This document shows, piece after piece, positions 1-10,242 of a stretch of DNA of 64,000 nt; within the stretch, counting starts at the first letter, position 1; each line of letters begins with the position of its first letter. The translations under genes and the position numbers were made by a program. The stretch comes from Solirubrobacterales bacterium (lineage in GTDB: Bacteria > Actinomycetota > Thermoleophilia > Solirubrobacterales > 70-9): positions 13,189-77,188 of the forward strand of contig DATAFO010000036.1 of NCBI GenBank assembly GCA_036257465.1, in the 5' to 3' direction. The notes beneath the pieces were generated by a model. That model was not told the DNA's origin. It saw only the letters and a program-made list of their open reading frames with translations, and searched no databases.

Positions 1-1
1 C

Positions 2-118
2 GGGACCGTGAGCCCCGTGCTCGACAGGACGTACCCGCTGGCCGAGGTCCCAGACGCCATCAGGTACCTGGAGGAAGGCCGCGCTCGGGGAAAGGTCGTC
101 GTCACGGTGGAGGGGTGA
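2..118 (+). CDS. 3' end of a medium-chain (zinc-type) dehydrogenase / quinone oxidoreductase gene, cut by the window edge
   Basis: Frame 2 reads GTVSPVLDRTYPLAEVPDAIRYLEEGRARGKVVVTVEG*. This tail (A..Y.E.G.A.GKVV) is the usual C-terminus of MDR-family oxidoreductases. Only 38 codons are visible. Confidence 0.45.
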   Translation, partial: GTVSPVLDRTYPLAEVPDAIRYLEEGRARGKVVVTVEG

Positions 119-203
119 GTCGCCGCCCGCCCGGGAACGCGGCCGCCCCTCGCGAAGCCGCACAACGCGGGCCGTCTTCTCCCCACGGATACTTGGGGAC
201 TGG

Positions 204-602
204 ATGCCGGAGGAGAGTTTGGAGATCGTGCGCGGGATCTACTGCCGCACCCTGCTGCTTGACCCCGACCTGCTAATCGCGCTTGCGGAGTTTGCCACGC
301 CCGAGACGGAGTTCGACTTCAGCGACGCCTACCCCGACGGCCCGACCGTGAGAGGTGTCGACGGAGTGCGTCGGGTTGCCGCGAAGTGGCCCTGGGAGGC
401 CCTGAAGTTCGAGCCCGAACGCTTCTTTGACGTCAACGGAGAACGGATCCTCGTGTTCGTTCATGCGACCGCCACCGGGGTTGGAAGCGGGATCCCGGTG
501 GAGCGTCGGACGGCCCACGAGTGCACGTTCAGCGGCGGCCGGCTAGTGCGCTTCAAGGTCTATTCCGACCGAAACGACGCTCTGAAGGCCGCCGGATTGT
601 GA
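204..602 (+). CDS. SnoaL-like / NTF2-fold domain protein
   Basis: 132-aa ORF. The segment FEPERFFDVNGERILVFVHATATGVGSGIPVERRTAHECTFSGGRLVRFKVYSD has the alternating beta-strand pattern of SnoaL/ketosteroid-isomerase-like proteins. Recognised by eye only. Confidence 0.55.
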   Translation: MPEESLEIVRGIYCRTLLLDPDLLIALAEFATPETEFDFSDAYPDGPTVRGVDGVRRVAAKWPWEALKFEPERFFDVNGERILVFVHATATGVGSGIPVERRTAHECTFSGGRLVRFKVYSDRNDALKAAGL

Positions 603-670
603 AAGGGTCGTGCGGACTAGCGCGACCCCGCACTTGAAACCGGCCACCGGAGCTCTGCTCATCGAAATCC

Positions 671-1009
671 ATGACCACCCATAGCTTCGGCGACCTGATC
701 GAGCCGGGGATTGCAGATCGCATCGAAGCCCTCGTCCAGGAGGAGCAGGGGCTCCTTGAACACGAGCCGGGGGAAGGCCTTCGACCTGAGCAGCGTGCCC
801 GCCTCCACGAGATCCGGATCGAGTTGGACGACTACTGGGATCTCCTGCGCCGGCAGAGGGCCGGCCACTTAGAGCGACTGAGCGATTCCGTCGTACCCGA
901 CCCCCCGAATGAGCTTGACGGTCCAGAGCCGGAGCCCCTTCATCTCGAGCACGGCGTGCGCGAGGACAAGCCGGCACCGGATCCCGGGATCAACCCGAAG
1001 ATCCCGTAG
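671..1009 (+). CDS. DUF2630 family protein
   Basis: IADRIEALVQEEQGLLEHE...LRPEQRARLHEIRIELDDYWDLLRRQRA matches the DUF2630 signature (helix, E-rich, L.QCWDLLRQRRA). The 3' tail overlaps the convergent gene by 20 nt, so the annotated end simply follows the ORF. Confidence 0.55.
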   Translation: MTTHSFGDLIEPGIADRIEALVQEEQGLLEHEPGEGLRPEQRARLHEIRIELDDYWDLLRRQRAGHLERLSDSVVPDPPNELDGPEPEPLHLEHGVREDKPAPDPGINPKIP

Positions 1010-1457
1010 CCTCGCGGGCTGGAGGCTTGGCTGCTGTGGCGCCGCCAGGCAAATCGCGCCGCGGAAGCTTTTCGAGCGATCGCCACGCCTCGTCCGCCGT
1101 GCGGCCATTGACCAGCTCGGTCGCGAGGCCCTCGCTGATCCTGGTCGCGGTGCCGAACCGCATGTCCACCTCGACCCCGCTGTCGACACCCGTGGCCCGG
1201 AACCTGATCGTCGCCACCGCGCAGTCACCCTGGTCCTCGATCCACTCGACCTCGATTCGAAAGCTTCGCCACGGGTCGTGCATCTGACGCCAGAACGTCC
1301 TCGCCCGGGCGTGGCCCCGGTACAGGGGGGAGAGGTCGGGAAACGCTCCGGAGGTGTGGATCTCGACGTCCGGATGCAGCAGCGCCAGCCACGCGTCGCA
1401 GTCGTCCCTGTTCCAGGCTTCGTAACCCGCGCGCAGCAGGTCCGAGTTCCGTGGCAT
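990..1457 (-). CDS. SnoaL-like / NTF2-fold domain protein
   Basis: The ORF is 990..1613. I place the start at the internal ATG (1455-1457), giving MPRNSDLLRAGYEAWNRDDCDAWLALLHPDVEIH...VEWIEDQGDCAVATIRFRATG, a typical SnoaL N-terminus. The upstream part of the ORF is Arg/Pro-rich junk. Confidence 0.65.
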   Translation of the reverse strand: MPRNSDLLRAGYEAWNRDDCDAWLALLHPDVEIHTSGAFPDLSPLYRGHARARTFWRQMHDPWRSFRIEVEWIEDQGDCAVATIRFRATGVDSGVEVDMRFGTATRISEGLATELVNGRTADEAWRSLEKLPRRDLPGGATAAKPPAREATGSSG

Positions 1458-1495
1458 CGCGATCCCAGGATTCCAGATGTAGATTTGCCGGGAGG

Positions 1496-2455
1496 ATGGG
1501 AACCCGGGGCGGCATCGATCTCGGCGGGACGAAGATCCAGGCCGCGGTGATAGACGCCGGCCACGAGGTCCTGGGCGAGGCCCGCGAGCCCACCCCAGCG
1601 GCCGGCGGGCCACCCGACGTGGCCGCCGCGATGGTGAAGGCGATGCGCGAAGCCGCCGAGCGGGCCGGCGTCGAGCCCTCCACGCTGGAGGGGATCGGAG
1701 TTGGCTCCCCCGGCGCGGTGGATGCCACCACGGGCGTGGTCTCCGACGCCATCAATCTGCCGGGGTGGGAGGGGTCGTTCCCGCTCGGCGAGACGCTCGC
1801 GCAGGAGCTCGGAACGCAGATCCGGATCGGCAACGACGTGCAGGTGGCGACCGACGCCGAGTTTCGCCTGGGCGCGGGCCGTCCCTACGATTCGATGTTC
1901 GGCGTCTTCTGGGGAACAGGCGTGGGCGGCGGCGTGGTGCTCGACGGCCGCGACTGGCTGGGCCGCGGCGCCGCGGGGGAGATCGGGCACATGGTCGTGG
2001 TGCGGGGTGGCGCGCGCTGTCCGTGCGGGCGGCGGGGTTGCATGGAGGCATACGCCGGCCGGCGGCCGATGGAGGAGGAGGCGCGCCGCAGGCACCAGGC
2101 GGGCGAACACACCGAGCTGTTCAAGATCATGGAGAGAAAGGGGCATGACCGGCTCAAGAGCAGCGTCTGGGAGGAGGCGCTCAAGGACAGCGACAGGATG
2201 GCGAAGCGGCTCCTGGACCGCGCCGTGAAGGCGCTTGGCGCGGGCATCGGCTCGGCCGTGAACCTCCTCGACGTCGAGGCGGTCATCATCGGCGGCGGCC
2301 TGGGGGTTCGCCTTGGCCAGCCGTTTCGTGACCGAATCGCCAGGCAGATGTCCAAGCACCTGTTCATGGACGAGCGGCCACCGGCCATTCACGTCGCCGC
2401 GCTCGGTGACCTCGGCGGTGCGATCGGCGCGACGCTGCTCTTCGACGAGAACTAG
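1496..2455 (+). CDS. glk: ROK-family glucokinase
   Basis: [14 protein letters not shown] (ATP-binding DxGGT), GNDVQVAT, and the ROK zinc motif [25 protein letters not shown]. Start is taken at the ATG before GIDLGGT. It sits beside zwf/gnd. Confidence 0.8.
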   Translation: MGTRGGIDLGGTKIQAAVIDAGHEVLGEAREPTPAAGGPPDVAAAMVKAMREAAERAGVEPSTLEGIGVGSPGAVDATTGVVSDAINLPGWEGSFPLGETLAQELGTQIRIGNDVQVATDAEFRLGAGRPYDSMFGVFWGTGVGGGVVLDGRDWLGRGAAGEIGHMVVVRGGARCPCGRRGCMEAYAGRRPMEEEARRRHQAGEHTELFKIMERKGHDRLKSSVWEEALKDSDRMAKRLLDRAVKALGAGIGSAVNLLDVEAVIIGGGLGVRLGQPFRDRIARQMSKHLFMDERPPAIHVAALGDLGGAIGATLLFDEN

Positions 2456-3840
2456 CCCGGTAGCCAGGGCTCGCGCCAGCCGGCGCGCCTGCCCGGGAGC
2501 TCCGCGGTGCGCTCGGGCCCCCAGGTTCCAGGCTCGTAGACGTCCACCTCGGACGGGTTCTCGATCAGCGGCTGAATGATCCGCCATGTCTGCTCGATCG
2601 CGTCCTGGTTGGGGAACAGGCGCGTGTCTCCGTCCAACGCATCGCGAAGCAGCCGCTCGTAGGGCTCGGGCTGGTCGCCGACCTGTTCTTCGAACAAGAG
2701 GTCGAGGTGAACCCGATGAAGCTCCTCGGCGCCACCTCGCTTCGCCAGCACGCACAGCTCCGCGCCGGGATCGGGCTTGAGCCGAAGCACCCACTCGTCC
2801 GGGTCGGGCACCATCCGTCCCCCGATTCCCAGCCGCGGCGGCCGCTGGAAGATGATTCGAACCTCCGTCGCGGTGACCCGCAGCTCCTTGCCCGCTCGAA
2901 GGTACAGTGGGACGCCCGACCAGCGCCAGTTGTCGATTCGCAGCTCGAGGGCGACGAAGGTCTCGGTGGTCGAGTCAGGGGCCACGCCCTCCGTTTCGCG
3001 GTAGCCGGCGTACTGCCCGCGGACGTAGCGATTGGGGCGTGCACTGGGCATCGCCCGGAAGAGGTCGGCCTTGCGGTCGTGAATGGAATCCGTGTCACTG
3101 GGCCCGGCCGAGGGCGGCTCCATCGTGACGAGCGCAAGCACCTGGAGCAGGTGGTTCTGGACCACGTCGCGCAGCGCCCCCACCCGGTCGTAGAACCTGC
3201 CGCGATCCTTGACCCCGAAGTCCTCGGCCATCGTGATCTGCACCGAGTCCACGAACTGGCGATTCCAGACCGGCTCGAGGATCGCGTTTGCGAACCTCAG
3301 ATAGAGGATGTCCATTACCGGCTCCTTGCCGAGGAAGTGGTCGACCCGCAGGATCTGCGACTCGTCGAGGACCTCGAGGAGCTGGCGATTGAGCTCGCGC
3401 GCCGAGGCCAGATCGTGGCCGAACGGCTTCTCGAGCGCCACCCTGGCCCCGTCTGTGAGCCCGGCGGCGTGAAGGCGCCGGACGATGTCGGCGAACAGCG
3501 AGGGAGGGATCGCGAGATAGAAGAGCGGCCGCCGCTTGCCGGAGAGCTTCTGGGCGAGCCGCTCATAGGTCGCGTCGTCGTCGAGCTCGCCCCGCAGGTA
3601 GTCGAGGCGCTTCTCAACCCGCCTGACCACCTCCGGATCGGGATCGTCAACGGTGGCCTGAATGGCCGAGCGCGCCAATTCGTCGAGCTCCTCTTCGGTC
3701 CAAGGCGGACGGGCCACGCCGACGACCTGGCACGTCAGCTCGCCACGACGCTCGAGCTCGTACAGGGCCTCGAAGGTCATCTCGCGAGCGAGGTTGCCGG
3801 TGATCCCGAAGATCACCAGGACGTCCGCCTTGGCCGCCAT
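2452..3840 (-). CDS. zwf: glucose-6-phosphate 1-dehydrogenase
   Basis: [10 protein letters not shown] (NADP site), [11 protein letters not shown] and RVDHFLGKE (G6PD signature). 462 aa. Its stop overlaps the glk stop (CTAG). Confidence 0.95.
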   Translation of the reverse strand: MAAKADVLVIFGITGNLAREMTFEALYELERRGELTCQVVGVARPPWTEEELDELARSAIQATVDDPDPEVVRRVEKRLDYLRGELDDDATYERLAQKLSGKRRPLFYLAIPPSLFADIVRRLHAAGLTDGARVALEKPFGHDLASARELNRQLLEVLDESQILRVDHFLGKEPVMDILYLRFANAILEPVWNRQFVDSVQITMAEDFGVKDRGRFYDRVGALRDVVQNHLLQVLALVTMEPPSAGPSDTDSIHDRKADLFRAMPSARPNRYVRGQYAGYRETEGVAPDSTTETFVALELRIDNWRWSGVPLYLRAGKELRVTATEVRIIFQRPPRLGIGGRMVPDPDEWVLRLKPDPGAELCVLAKRGGAEELHRVHLDLLFEEQVGDQPEPYERLLRDALDGDTRLFPNQDAIEQTWRIIQPLIENPSEVDVYEPGTWGPERTAELPGRRAGWREPWLPG

Positions 3841-3886
3841 CAGCCCGGAATCTAGTGATGCAAGCTCAGGCGCTTACTATCCGCTC

Positions 3887-4903
3887 GTGCAGCTGGGCAT
3901 GGTCGGCCTCGGACGAATGGGCGCAAACATCGTGCGGCGCCTGATGCGCGACGGCCATGACTGCGTCGTCTACGACGTCGCCCCGGAGGCCATCGCCGCG
4001 CTCGCCGGCGAGGGCGCGACCGGGGCCGAGTCGCTCGACGACTTCATCGCCAAGCTCTCGCAGCCACGCGCGGTGTGGGTGATGGTTCCGGCTGGCGAGA
4101 TCACCGAGTCCACGGTCGCTGAGCTAGCCGACCGCCTCGAACCCGGCGACGCGATCGTCGACGGCGGCAACTCCTTCTACCGCGACGACATCCGTCGGGC
4201 GGCACAGCTGGCCGAACGCGGCATCGACTACGTCGACTGCGGTACCAGTGGCGGCGTCTTCGGCCTCGAGCGCGGCTACTGCCTGATGATCGGCGGGCCA
4301 GACGGGGCGGTGGAGAGACTGGAGCCGATATTCGCCTCGCTCGCGCCCGGTGTTGACGCGGCGGACCGGACGCCGGGTCGCACCGGCGAGCCCTCGCCGG
4401 CGGAACACGGCTATCTCCACTGCGGCCCCCCCGGCGCCGGCCACTTCGTGAAGATGGTTCACAACGGGATCGAGTACGGGCTCATGGCCGCGTACGCCGA
4501 GGGCCTCAACATCCTTCGCCACGCGGATGCCGGCGCCCATCCGCGCGAGGCCGACGCCGAGACTGCCCCGCTGGATCACCCCGAGTACTACCGCTACGAG
4601 ATCGACGTCGCCGAGGTCGCCGAGGTGTGGCGTCGCGGCAGCGTCGTCGGCTCGTGGCTGCTCGACCTGACCGCCGCCGCGCTTCATGAGTCGCCAACCC
4701 TTGAGGATTTCGGGGGCCGCGTCTCGGATTCAGGCGAGGGACGCTGGACGCTGATCGCCGCGGTCGAGGAGGGCGTGCCCGCGCCGGTGCTGAGCTCGGC
4801 GCTGACTTCGCGCTTCGCCTCCCGCGACCTCGACGAATTCGCCAACAAGGTGCTCTCGGCGCTGCGCAAGCAGTTCGGCGGACACGAGGAGAAGCCCAGC
4901 TGA
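3887..4903 (+). CDS. gnd: 6-phosphogluconate dehydrogenase, decarboxylating (short, about 340-aa form)
   Basis: GMVGLGRMGANIVRRL Rossmann motif, DGGNSFYRDD, GTSGGVFGLERGYCLMIGG, HFVKMVHNGIEYG. Start is GTG 3887, or ATG 3899. The upstream part of the 413-aa ORF is antisense to zwf. Confidence 0.9.
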   Translation: MQLGMVGLGRMGANIVRRLMRDGHDCVVYDVAPEAIAALAGEGATGAESLDDFIAKLSQPRAVWVMVPAGEITESTVAELADRLEPGDAIVDGGNSFYRDDIRRAAQLAERGIDYVDCGTSGGVFGLERGYCLMIGGPDGAVERLEPIFASLAPGVDAADRTPGRTGEPSPAEHGYLHCGPPGAGHFVKMVHNGIEYGLMAAYAEGLNILRHADAGAHPREADAETAPLDHPEYYRYEIDVAEVAEVWRRGSVVGSWLLDLTAAALHESPTLEDFGGRVSDSGEGRWTLIAAVEEGVPAPVLSSALTSRFASRDLDEFANKVLSALRKQFGGHEEKPS

Positions 4904-5580
4904 CCGCCGGCGGCTCCGGGCCGGCGGTCGAGGTCCTGCCGGACGCTGACTCGGCTTTCGCGCGGACGGCCGAACTGCTTGCGGAGGCGGCCGCGGCGTC
5001 GCTGGACGCCCGCGGCTCCTTCTCGCTCGCCCTCAGCGGCGGCGGCAGCATCAAGCCGATGCTGGAGCAACTCGACCCCGAAGCGCTGGTCGACGAAGGG
5101 GTGTCGATCTTCCAGGTCGATGAGCGCGTCGCTCCCGACGGTGACCCCGAGCGCAACCTGACGCAGATCCTCGCGGCGCTTCCGACCGCGGCGGTCGAGC
5201 GCCTGCGGCCGATGCCCGTGCTCGACCCCGATCCGGACGCGGCCGTCGCGCGGTATGAGGAGGAGCTCCCGGACGCACTGGACCTGGTTCACCTTGGCCT
5301 CGGCCCAGACGGCCACACGGCGTCCCTGGTTCCCGGCGATCCCGTGCTCGAGGTCCGCGACCGCCGCGTCGCGCTCACCGCCGGCTCATACCAGGGCCGC
5401 CGCCGGATGACCCTCACCTATGCCGCGCTCGAGGCGGCGCGGCGAATCGTGTGGCTCGTCACCGGGGCGGACAAGCGGGACGCGTTGGCGCGACTGCTGG
5501 ACGGGGATCCCTCGATTCCAGCGGGCAGGGTGACGGCTCGAGACGCTGCGGTGATCTGCGATCCCGCCGCGGCCGGCTAG
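4900..5580 (+). CDS. pgl: 6-phosphogluconolactonase
   Basis: GSFSLALSGGGS, IFQVDERV, LVHLGLGPDGHTASL and VTGADKRDAL are the PGL/NagB-family motifs. Homology starts near 4900, but that frame has no ATG/GTG/TTG before 5059 (see finding). The start is provisionally CTG 4900, which overlaps the gnd TGA. Confidence 0.75.
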   Translation: MTAGGSGPAVEVLPDADSAFARTAELLAEAAAASLDARGSFSLALSGGGSIKPMLEQLDPEALVDEGVSIFQVDERVAPDGDPERNLTQILAALPTAAVERLRPMPVLDPDPDAAVARYEEELPDALDLVHLGLGPDGHTASLVPGDPVLEVRDRRVALTAGSYQGRRRMTLTYAALEAARRIVWLVTGADKRDALARLLDGDPSIPAGRVTARDAAVICDPAAAG

Positions 5581-5586
5581 CTCCCG

Positions 5587-6237
5587 CTAGATCTCGATCC
5601 GCTCGACGCCGTCGCCGCGCCCGACGAGCACCTCGCTGACCATGCTCGGACGGAACAGCCCGTGCTCGATCACGCCGGGGACGGCGGCGAGCCAACTCGC
5701 CACTCGCGCGGGTTCGTTGACCTCGCCGATGTAGTCGGCCAGCACGCCGCCGTCCGGGCTCGGGAGTGCGTCGCGCACTCTCGCCGCGCCGAGCTCGCGC
5801 AGCGTCGAGGCGAGTCCAAAGCGCGAGAGCTCGAGCGGTATTGGCGGCTCGATCTCCTCAACCAGCTTCGACGAGTCGACGATGACGACGAAACGGTCGG
5901 CGGCCGCCGCCACGATCTTCTCGCGCGTGTGCGCCCCGCCGCCGCCCTTGACCAGCCACCCGTCGGCGGACACCTGATCGGCGCCGTCGATGGCGATATC
6001 GAGGCGATCGAGCTGATCGAACGGCTCGACGGGGAGGCCCAGCTCGCGGGCCGTGGCTTCGGTCTCAGGCGATGTCGCGACACATCGAAGCCGCAGCTCG
6101 CGTGCCGCGAGCGCCGGCAGCAGACCGGCCACGGTCGTGCCCGTCCCGAGCCCGACAGCCATGCCGTCGTCGACCAGCTCGGCGGCGCGCTCGGCGGCGA
6201 GCTTCTTCTCGGCGGCGGTGTCTGAGGAGGCGTCCAC
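5587..6237 (-). CDS. rpiA: ribose-5-phosphate isomerase A
   Basis: VGLGTGTTV, IDGADQV and KGGGGAHTREKIV are RpiA hallmarks. 216 aa. Confidence 0.9.
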   Translation of the reverse strand: MDASSDTAAEKKLAAERAAELVDDGMAVGLGTGTTVAGLLPALAARELRLRCVATSPETEATARELGLPVEPFDQLDRLDIAIDGADQVSADGWLVKGGGGAHTREKIVAAAADRFVVIVDSSKLVEEIEPPIPLELSRFGLASTLRELGAARVRDALPSPDGGVLADYIGEVNEPARVASWLAAVPGVIEHGLFRPSMVSEVLVGRGDGVERIEI

Positions 6238-6263
6238 GGAGTCTCGGGGCGAGGCGAGTCTTC

Positions 6264-7028
6264 CTACAGGGGGCGCCTCACACCAACCTCGTCGAGGTGG
6301 GCGAGCAGATCGCTCGGATCCTCGTAGACACGGTACGCCCCTGCGTACAGGAGCTCTTCCCGGCCGTAGCCCCCGGACAAGAGCCCGATTCCCAGCGCCC
6401 GCGCGCGTCGTCCCGCCATCAGGTCCCAGACGCTGTCGCCGACGACGTAACTGTCGCGGATGTCAACGCCGATGCGTTCCGCCGCCGCGAGGAAGAGATC
6501 CGGGTCCGGCTTCGCGTAGCGGACCAGGTCGCGGGTGACCACGGGTGTCTCGGGAGGCAGGCCCAGCAGCTCCAGGGCGGGGCGCGCCGAACGTTCCAGG
6601 CCGCTGGTGGCGATCGCCCACGGGATGCCGTGATCGGTGAGGGTCGCAAGCAACTCCGTCGCGCCGGGCAGCGGGCGCACCCCCGGCAGGTGGCGGGCGT
6701 ACACGTCGCCGTGCAGCGCCGGCAGCCGCTCGAGTGTTTCCCGATCGGGAATCGTCTCGAGCTCGCGCAGCAGCGCGGTGACGAAGAGGCCGCCGCTCAT
6801 GCCTATACGCCTGTGGATCTTCCACACCGCGAGCGATACACCGACCTGCTCGAGCGCCTCGCGCCACGCGACGACGTGCTGGTAGACGCTGTCGACGAGC
6901 GTCCCGTCGAGGTCGAACAAGAACGAAGGAGTGGGAAGGCCGTCGGCTCGGGGCATCGAGGGCGCAGTTTCGATCATTGCGCGGGCGAGCGACAGCCGGC
7001 CCTCTTGTCTGAACGGCGCCTCGGCCAC
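6264..7028 (-). CDS. HAD-IA family hydrolase (phosphatase)
   Basis: FLFDLDGTLVDS (motif I), ATSG (II) and VVGDSVWD (IV). The start could also be an internal ATG about 24 codons downstream. Confidence 0.75.
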   Translation of the reverse strand: MAEAPFRQEGRLSLARAMIETAPSMPRADGLPTPSFLFDLDGTLVDSVYQHVVAWREALEQVGVSLAVWKIHRRIGMSGGLFVTALLRELETIPDRETLERLPALHGDVYARHLPGVRPLPGATELLATLTDHGIPWAIATSGLERSARPALELLGLPPETPVVTRDLVRYAKPDPDLFLAAAERIGVDIRDSYVVGDSVWDLMAGRRARALGIGLLSGGYGREELLYAGAYRVYEDPSDLLAHLDEVGVRRPL

Positions 7029-7075
7029 GACCGTGACTAGCGCATCGGTTCAGTGGTATCTAGGATCGGTAGAGG

Positions 7076-9163
7076 ATGGAACAGGCCGTCGCCACTCAGA
7101 CGGACGTAGAGACGCTGAGCGTCAACACCATCCGCACGCTCAGCATCGACGCGATCCAGAAGGCGAACTCCGGCCATCCCGGAACGCCGATGGCCCTGGC
7201 GCCGGTGGCCTACGTCCTCTGGCAGCGCCACCTGCGCTTCGATCCGGCGGATCCGATCTGGCCGAACCGCGACCGCTTCGTGCTGTCCGCGGGACACGCC
7301 TCGATGCTGCTCTACTCGCTGCTGTACCTGACGGGGGTGCGGGCGGTTGACCCCGACTACGAGGTCCTCGGCCGCCAGTCGGTGACCCTCGAGGACATCA
7401 AGTCGTTTCGCCAGCTCGATTCGAAGGCCGCCGGCCATCCCGAGTATCGCTGGACCTCCGGGGTGGAGACCACGACGGGGCCCCTCGGCCAGGGTGTGGC
7501 CACATCGGTCGGGATGGCGCTGGCCGGCAAGTGGCAGGGGGCCCACTTCAACCGTCCCGGCTTCGAGCTCTTCGATTACGACGTGTACGTGATCTGCAGC
7601 GACGGCGACCTGATGGAGGGTGTCTCGCACGAGGCGGCGTCGCTCGCCGGCCACCAGCGTCTCGACAACCTGTGCTGGATCTACGACAACAACCACATCT
7701 CGATTGACGGCGACACGGGGCTGACCTACACCGACGACGTCGCCACCCGGTTCATGGGCTACGGCTGGCACGTGATGCGGGTCGGGGACGCCAACGACCT
7801 CGAGCTGATCGACCGCGCCTTCGCCCGCTTTCGAAGCCACGACGACCGGCCGACCCTGATCATCGTCGACAGCCACATCGGCTACGGCTCCCCGAAGCAG
7901 GACACCGCCGCTGTCCACGGTGAGCCCCTGGGAGAGGAGGAGGTGCGTGAGACCAAGCGAGCCTACGGGTGGCCCGAGGACGCGCAGTTTCTGGTCCCGG
8001 ACGAGGTCGTCGAGCACTTCGCCGAGGGCTTCGGCGCGCGTGGGAGGGCGCTTCACTCCGAGTGGGAGGCGCTGCTCGACGGCTATCACCGAGAGCACGA
8101 GAGTCTCGCCCACGAGATCGGGGCGATGCAGCGCCGCGAGCTGCCGGAGGGATGGGACAACGACATCCCGTCGTTCGACGCCGACCCGGACGGCATGGCA
8201 ACCCGCAAGGCCTCAAACACCGTCCTGAACGCCATCGCGCCGCGTGTGTCCTGGCTGGTCGTGGGCTCGGCCGATCTGACTGGCTCGACCTCCGTGGGGC
8301 TCGACTTCGACGGCGTCGAGCCGCTGGAGCCCGAGACTCCTGGGGGGCGCCAGATCCACTACGGCATCCGCGAGCACGAGTCCGCCGCGAGCTCGAACGG
8401 GCTCTCGCTGTCGAAGCTCCGGCCGGTGTGGTCGACGTACCTCGTCTTCTCCGACTACGCGCGCCCAGCGATCCGCCTGTCCGCTCTGATGGAGCTGCCC
8501 GTGATCCACATCTTCACTCACGACTCGATCGGCCTAGGCGAGGACGGGCCAACCCACCAGCCCGTCGAGCACCTCGCCTCGCTGCGGGCCATTCCCGGCT
8601 TGAACGTGATCCGCCCCTGCGACGCAAACGAGGTCGCGGAGGCCTGGCGGGTGGCGATGGACCGCCACCACGGCCCGGTCGCGCTGGTGCTCACGCGCCA
8701 GGACGTGCCGATTCTCGACCGCTCGCGTTACGCCTCCGCCGAAGGGCTGCGCCGCGGTGGCTACGTGCTCGCCGACCCGCCCGAGGGAGACCCGGAGGTG
8801 ATCCTGATCGCCACCGGCAGTGACGTTCAGATCGCGGTCGCTGCCTACGAGGTGCTGATCGGCGAGGGCGTGCGCGCACGAGTCGTCAGCCTGCCCTCGT
8901 TCCATCTCTTCGACCGTCAGTCCGAGGACTACCGGGAGAGCGTGCTGCCCTACTCGGTGCCGGCGCGGGTGGGGATCGAGGAGGCGTCGGAACTGGGGTG
9001 GGACCGTTACGTCGGCACTCAGGGGACGATGATCGCGATGCACGCGTTCGGCTCCTCGGCGCCGCTCAAGGACGTGCTCTCCGAGTTCGGCTTCACGCCC
9101 GAGCGCGTGGTCGAAACCGCGCGCGGCGTGCTCAGCCGCGCCAACGCGGGGGAGGGCCAGTGA
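7076..9163 (+). CDS. tkt: transketolase
   Basis: SGHPGTPMALAP, LSAGHASMLLYS, GPLGQG, CSDGDLMEG and THDSIGLGEDGPTHQP. 695 aa. Confidence 0.97.
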   Translation: MEQAVATQTDVETLSVNTIRTLSIDAIQKANSGHPGTPMALAPVAYVLWQRHLRFDPADPIWPNRDRFVLSAGHASMLLYSLLYLTGVRAVDPDYEVLGRQSVTLEDIKSFRQLDSKAAGHPEYRWTSGVETTTGPLGQGVATSVGMALAGKWQGAHFNRPGFELFDYDVYVICSDGDLMEGVSHEAASLAGHQRLDNLCWIYDNNHISIDGDTGLTYTDDVATRFMGYGWHVMRVGDANDLELIDRAFARFRSHDDRPTLIIVDSHIGYGSPKQDTAAVHGEPLGEEEVRETKRAYGWPEDAQFLVPDEVVEHFAEGFGARGRALHSEWEALLDGYHREHESLAHEIGAMQRRELPEGWDNDIPSFDADPDGMATRKASNTVLNAIAPRVSWLVVGSADLTGSTSVGLDFDGVEPLEPETPGGRQIHYGIREHESAASSNGLSLSKLRPVWSTYLVFSDYARPAIRLSALMELPVIHIFTHDSIGLGEDGPTHQPVEHLASLRAIPGLNVIRPCDANEVAEAWRVAMDRHHGPVALVLTRQDVPILDRSRYASAEGLRRGGYVLADPPEGDPEVILIATGSDVQIAVAAYEVLIGEGVRARVVSLPSFHLFDRQSEDYRESVLPYSVPARVGIEEASELGWDRYVGTQGTMIAMHAFGSSAPLKDVLSEFGFTPERVVETARGVLSRANAGEGQ

Positions 9164-10236
9164 ACCCGACACGCCGCTTGCACGAGCTCGGCCAGAGCCT
9201 CTGGATCGACAACATCAGCCGCACGATGCTCGACGACGGAACCCTGGTCCGCTACATCTCGGAGTTCTCGGTCACGGGGCTGACCTCCAATCCGACCATC
9301 TTCGCCAAGGCAATCGGAGCCGGCGGCGCGTACGACGAGCAGATCGCCGAGCTGCACGAGCGCGGATTGGAACGCGAGCAGCTCTTCTTCGAGCTCGCGC
9401 TCACCGATCTGCGCCGAGCGGCCGAGCTGTTCGCGCCGATCAACCGCCGCACCGACGACGTGGACGGCTGGGTGTCGCTCGAGGTCTCGCCGCTGCTCGC
9501 AGACGATGCCGAAGCCACCATCGCCCAGGCCCGGGACCTCCACGCCCGCGCCGACTGCAACGTCTTCATCAAGATTCCCGGGACCGAGGCGGGCCGCACG
9601 GCGATTGAGGAGTCGATCTTCGCCGGGGTCCCGATCAACGTCACGCTGCTGTTCTCAGCCGAGCACTACCTCGCTGCAGCGGAGGCGTTCATGCGCGGGG
9701 TGGACCGCCGGATCGAGGCGGGCCTTGACCCGTCGGTTCCGTCGGTCGCCTCGGTGTTCCTGAGCCGGTGGGACGTCGCGGTCGCCGACCAGGTGCCGGC
9801 CGAGCTTCGCAACCGGCTTGGCATCGCGGTCGGCAGGTGGGCGTACCGCGCCTACCGGGAGCTGCTCGACTCCGAGCGCTGGCAGCGGCTCGAAAACGAG
9901 GGGGTTCATCCGCAGCGCCTGCTCTTTGCGAGCACGGGCACCAAGGACCCGGAGGCATCGGACGTGCTCTACGTCGAAGCTCTCCAGGCGCCCCTGACGA
10001 TCAACACGATGCCGGAGAAGACGCTGCTCGCCGTCGCCGACCACGGCCCGGTGGGCGAGCCGATTCCGGCCGACGGCGGAGACGCCGAGCAGGTCCTGGC
10101 CGAGTTCGAGGCCGCCGGAGTCGACCTGGACGCGCTCGCCAAGCGCCTTCAGGTGGAGGGCGCCGAGGCCTTCGCCGCCTCGTGGGGCGAGTTGCTGGAT
10201 TCGGTGTCGGCCAAGCGCGAGCAGATCGCCGCCTAG
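9160..10236 (+). CDS. tal: transaldolase (long actinobacterial type)
   Basis: GQSLWIDNISR, VTGLTSNPTIF and NVFIKIPGT. The GTG start overlaps the tkt stop (GTGA). The upstream part of ORF 8998.. lies inside tkt. Confidence 0.92.
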   Translation: MNPTRRLHELGQSLWIDNISRTMLDDGTLVRYISEFSVTGLTSNPTIFAKAIGAGGAYDEQIAELHERGLEREQLFFELALTDLRRAAELFAPINRRTDDVDGWVSLEVSPLLADDAEATIAQARDLHARADCNVFIKIPGTEAGRTAIEESIFAGVPINVTLLFSAEHYLAAAEAFMRGVDRRIEAGLDPSVPSVASVFLSRWDVAVADQVPAELRNRLGIAVGRWAYRAYRELLDSERWQRLENEGVHPQRLLFASTGTKDPEASDVLYVEALQAPLTINTMPEKTLLAVADHGPVGEPIPADGGDAEQVLAEFEAAGVDLDALAKRLQVEGAEAFAASWGELLDSVSAKREQIAA

Positions 10237-10242
10237 CCTTCG

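Noticed and set aside
869-2794. Very long ORFs on the opposite strand or in alternate frames of clear genes. Examples are 869-2794(-), 7037-8113(-), 16612-18669(-), 25022-26323(-), 25762-27339(+) upstream part, 29024-30142(+), 46700-47803(-), 47813-49246(-) and 55136-56260(-).
   Set aside because: Their translations are Arg/Pro/Ala/Gly-rich low-complexity strings with no recognisable motifs. They fully overlap genes with strong family signatures. This is the expected stop-codon-poor antisense artefact of about 70% G+C DNA.
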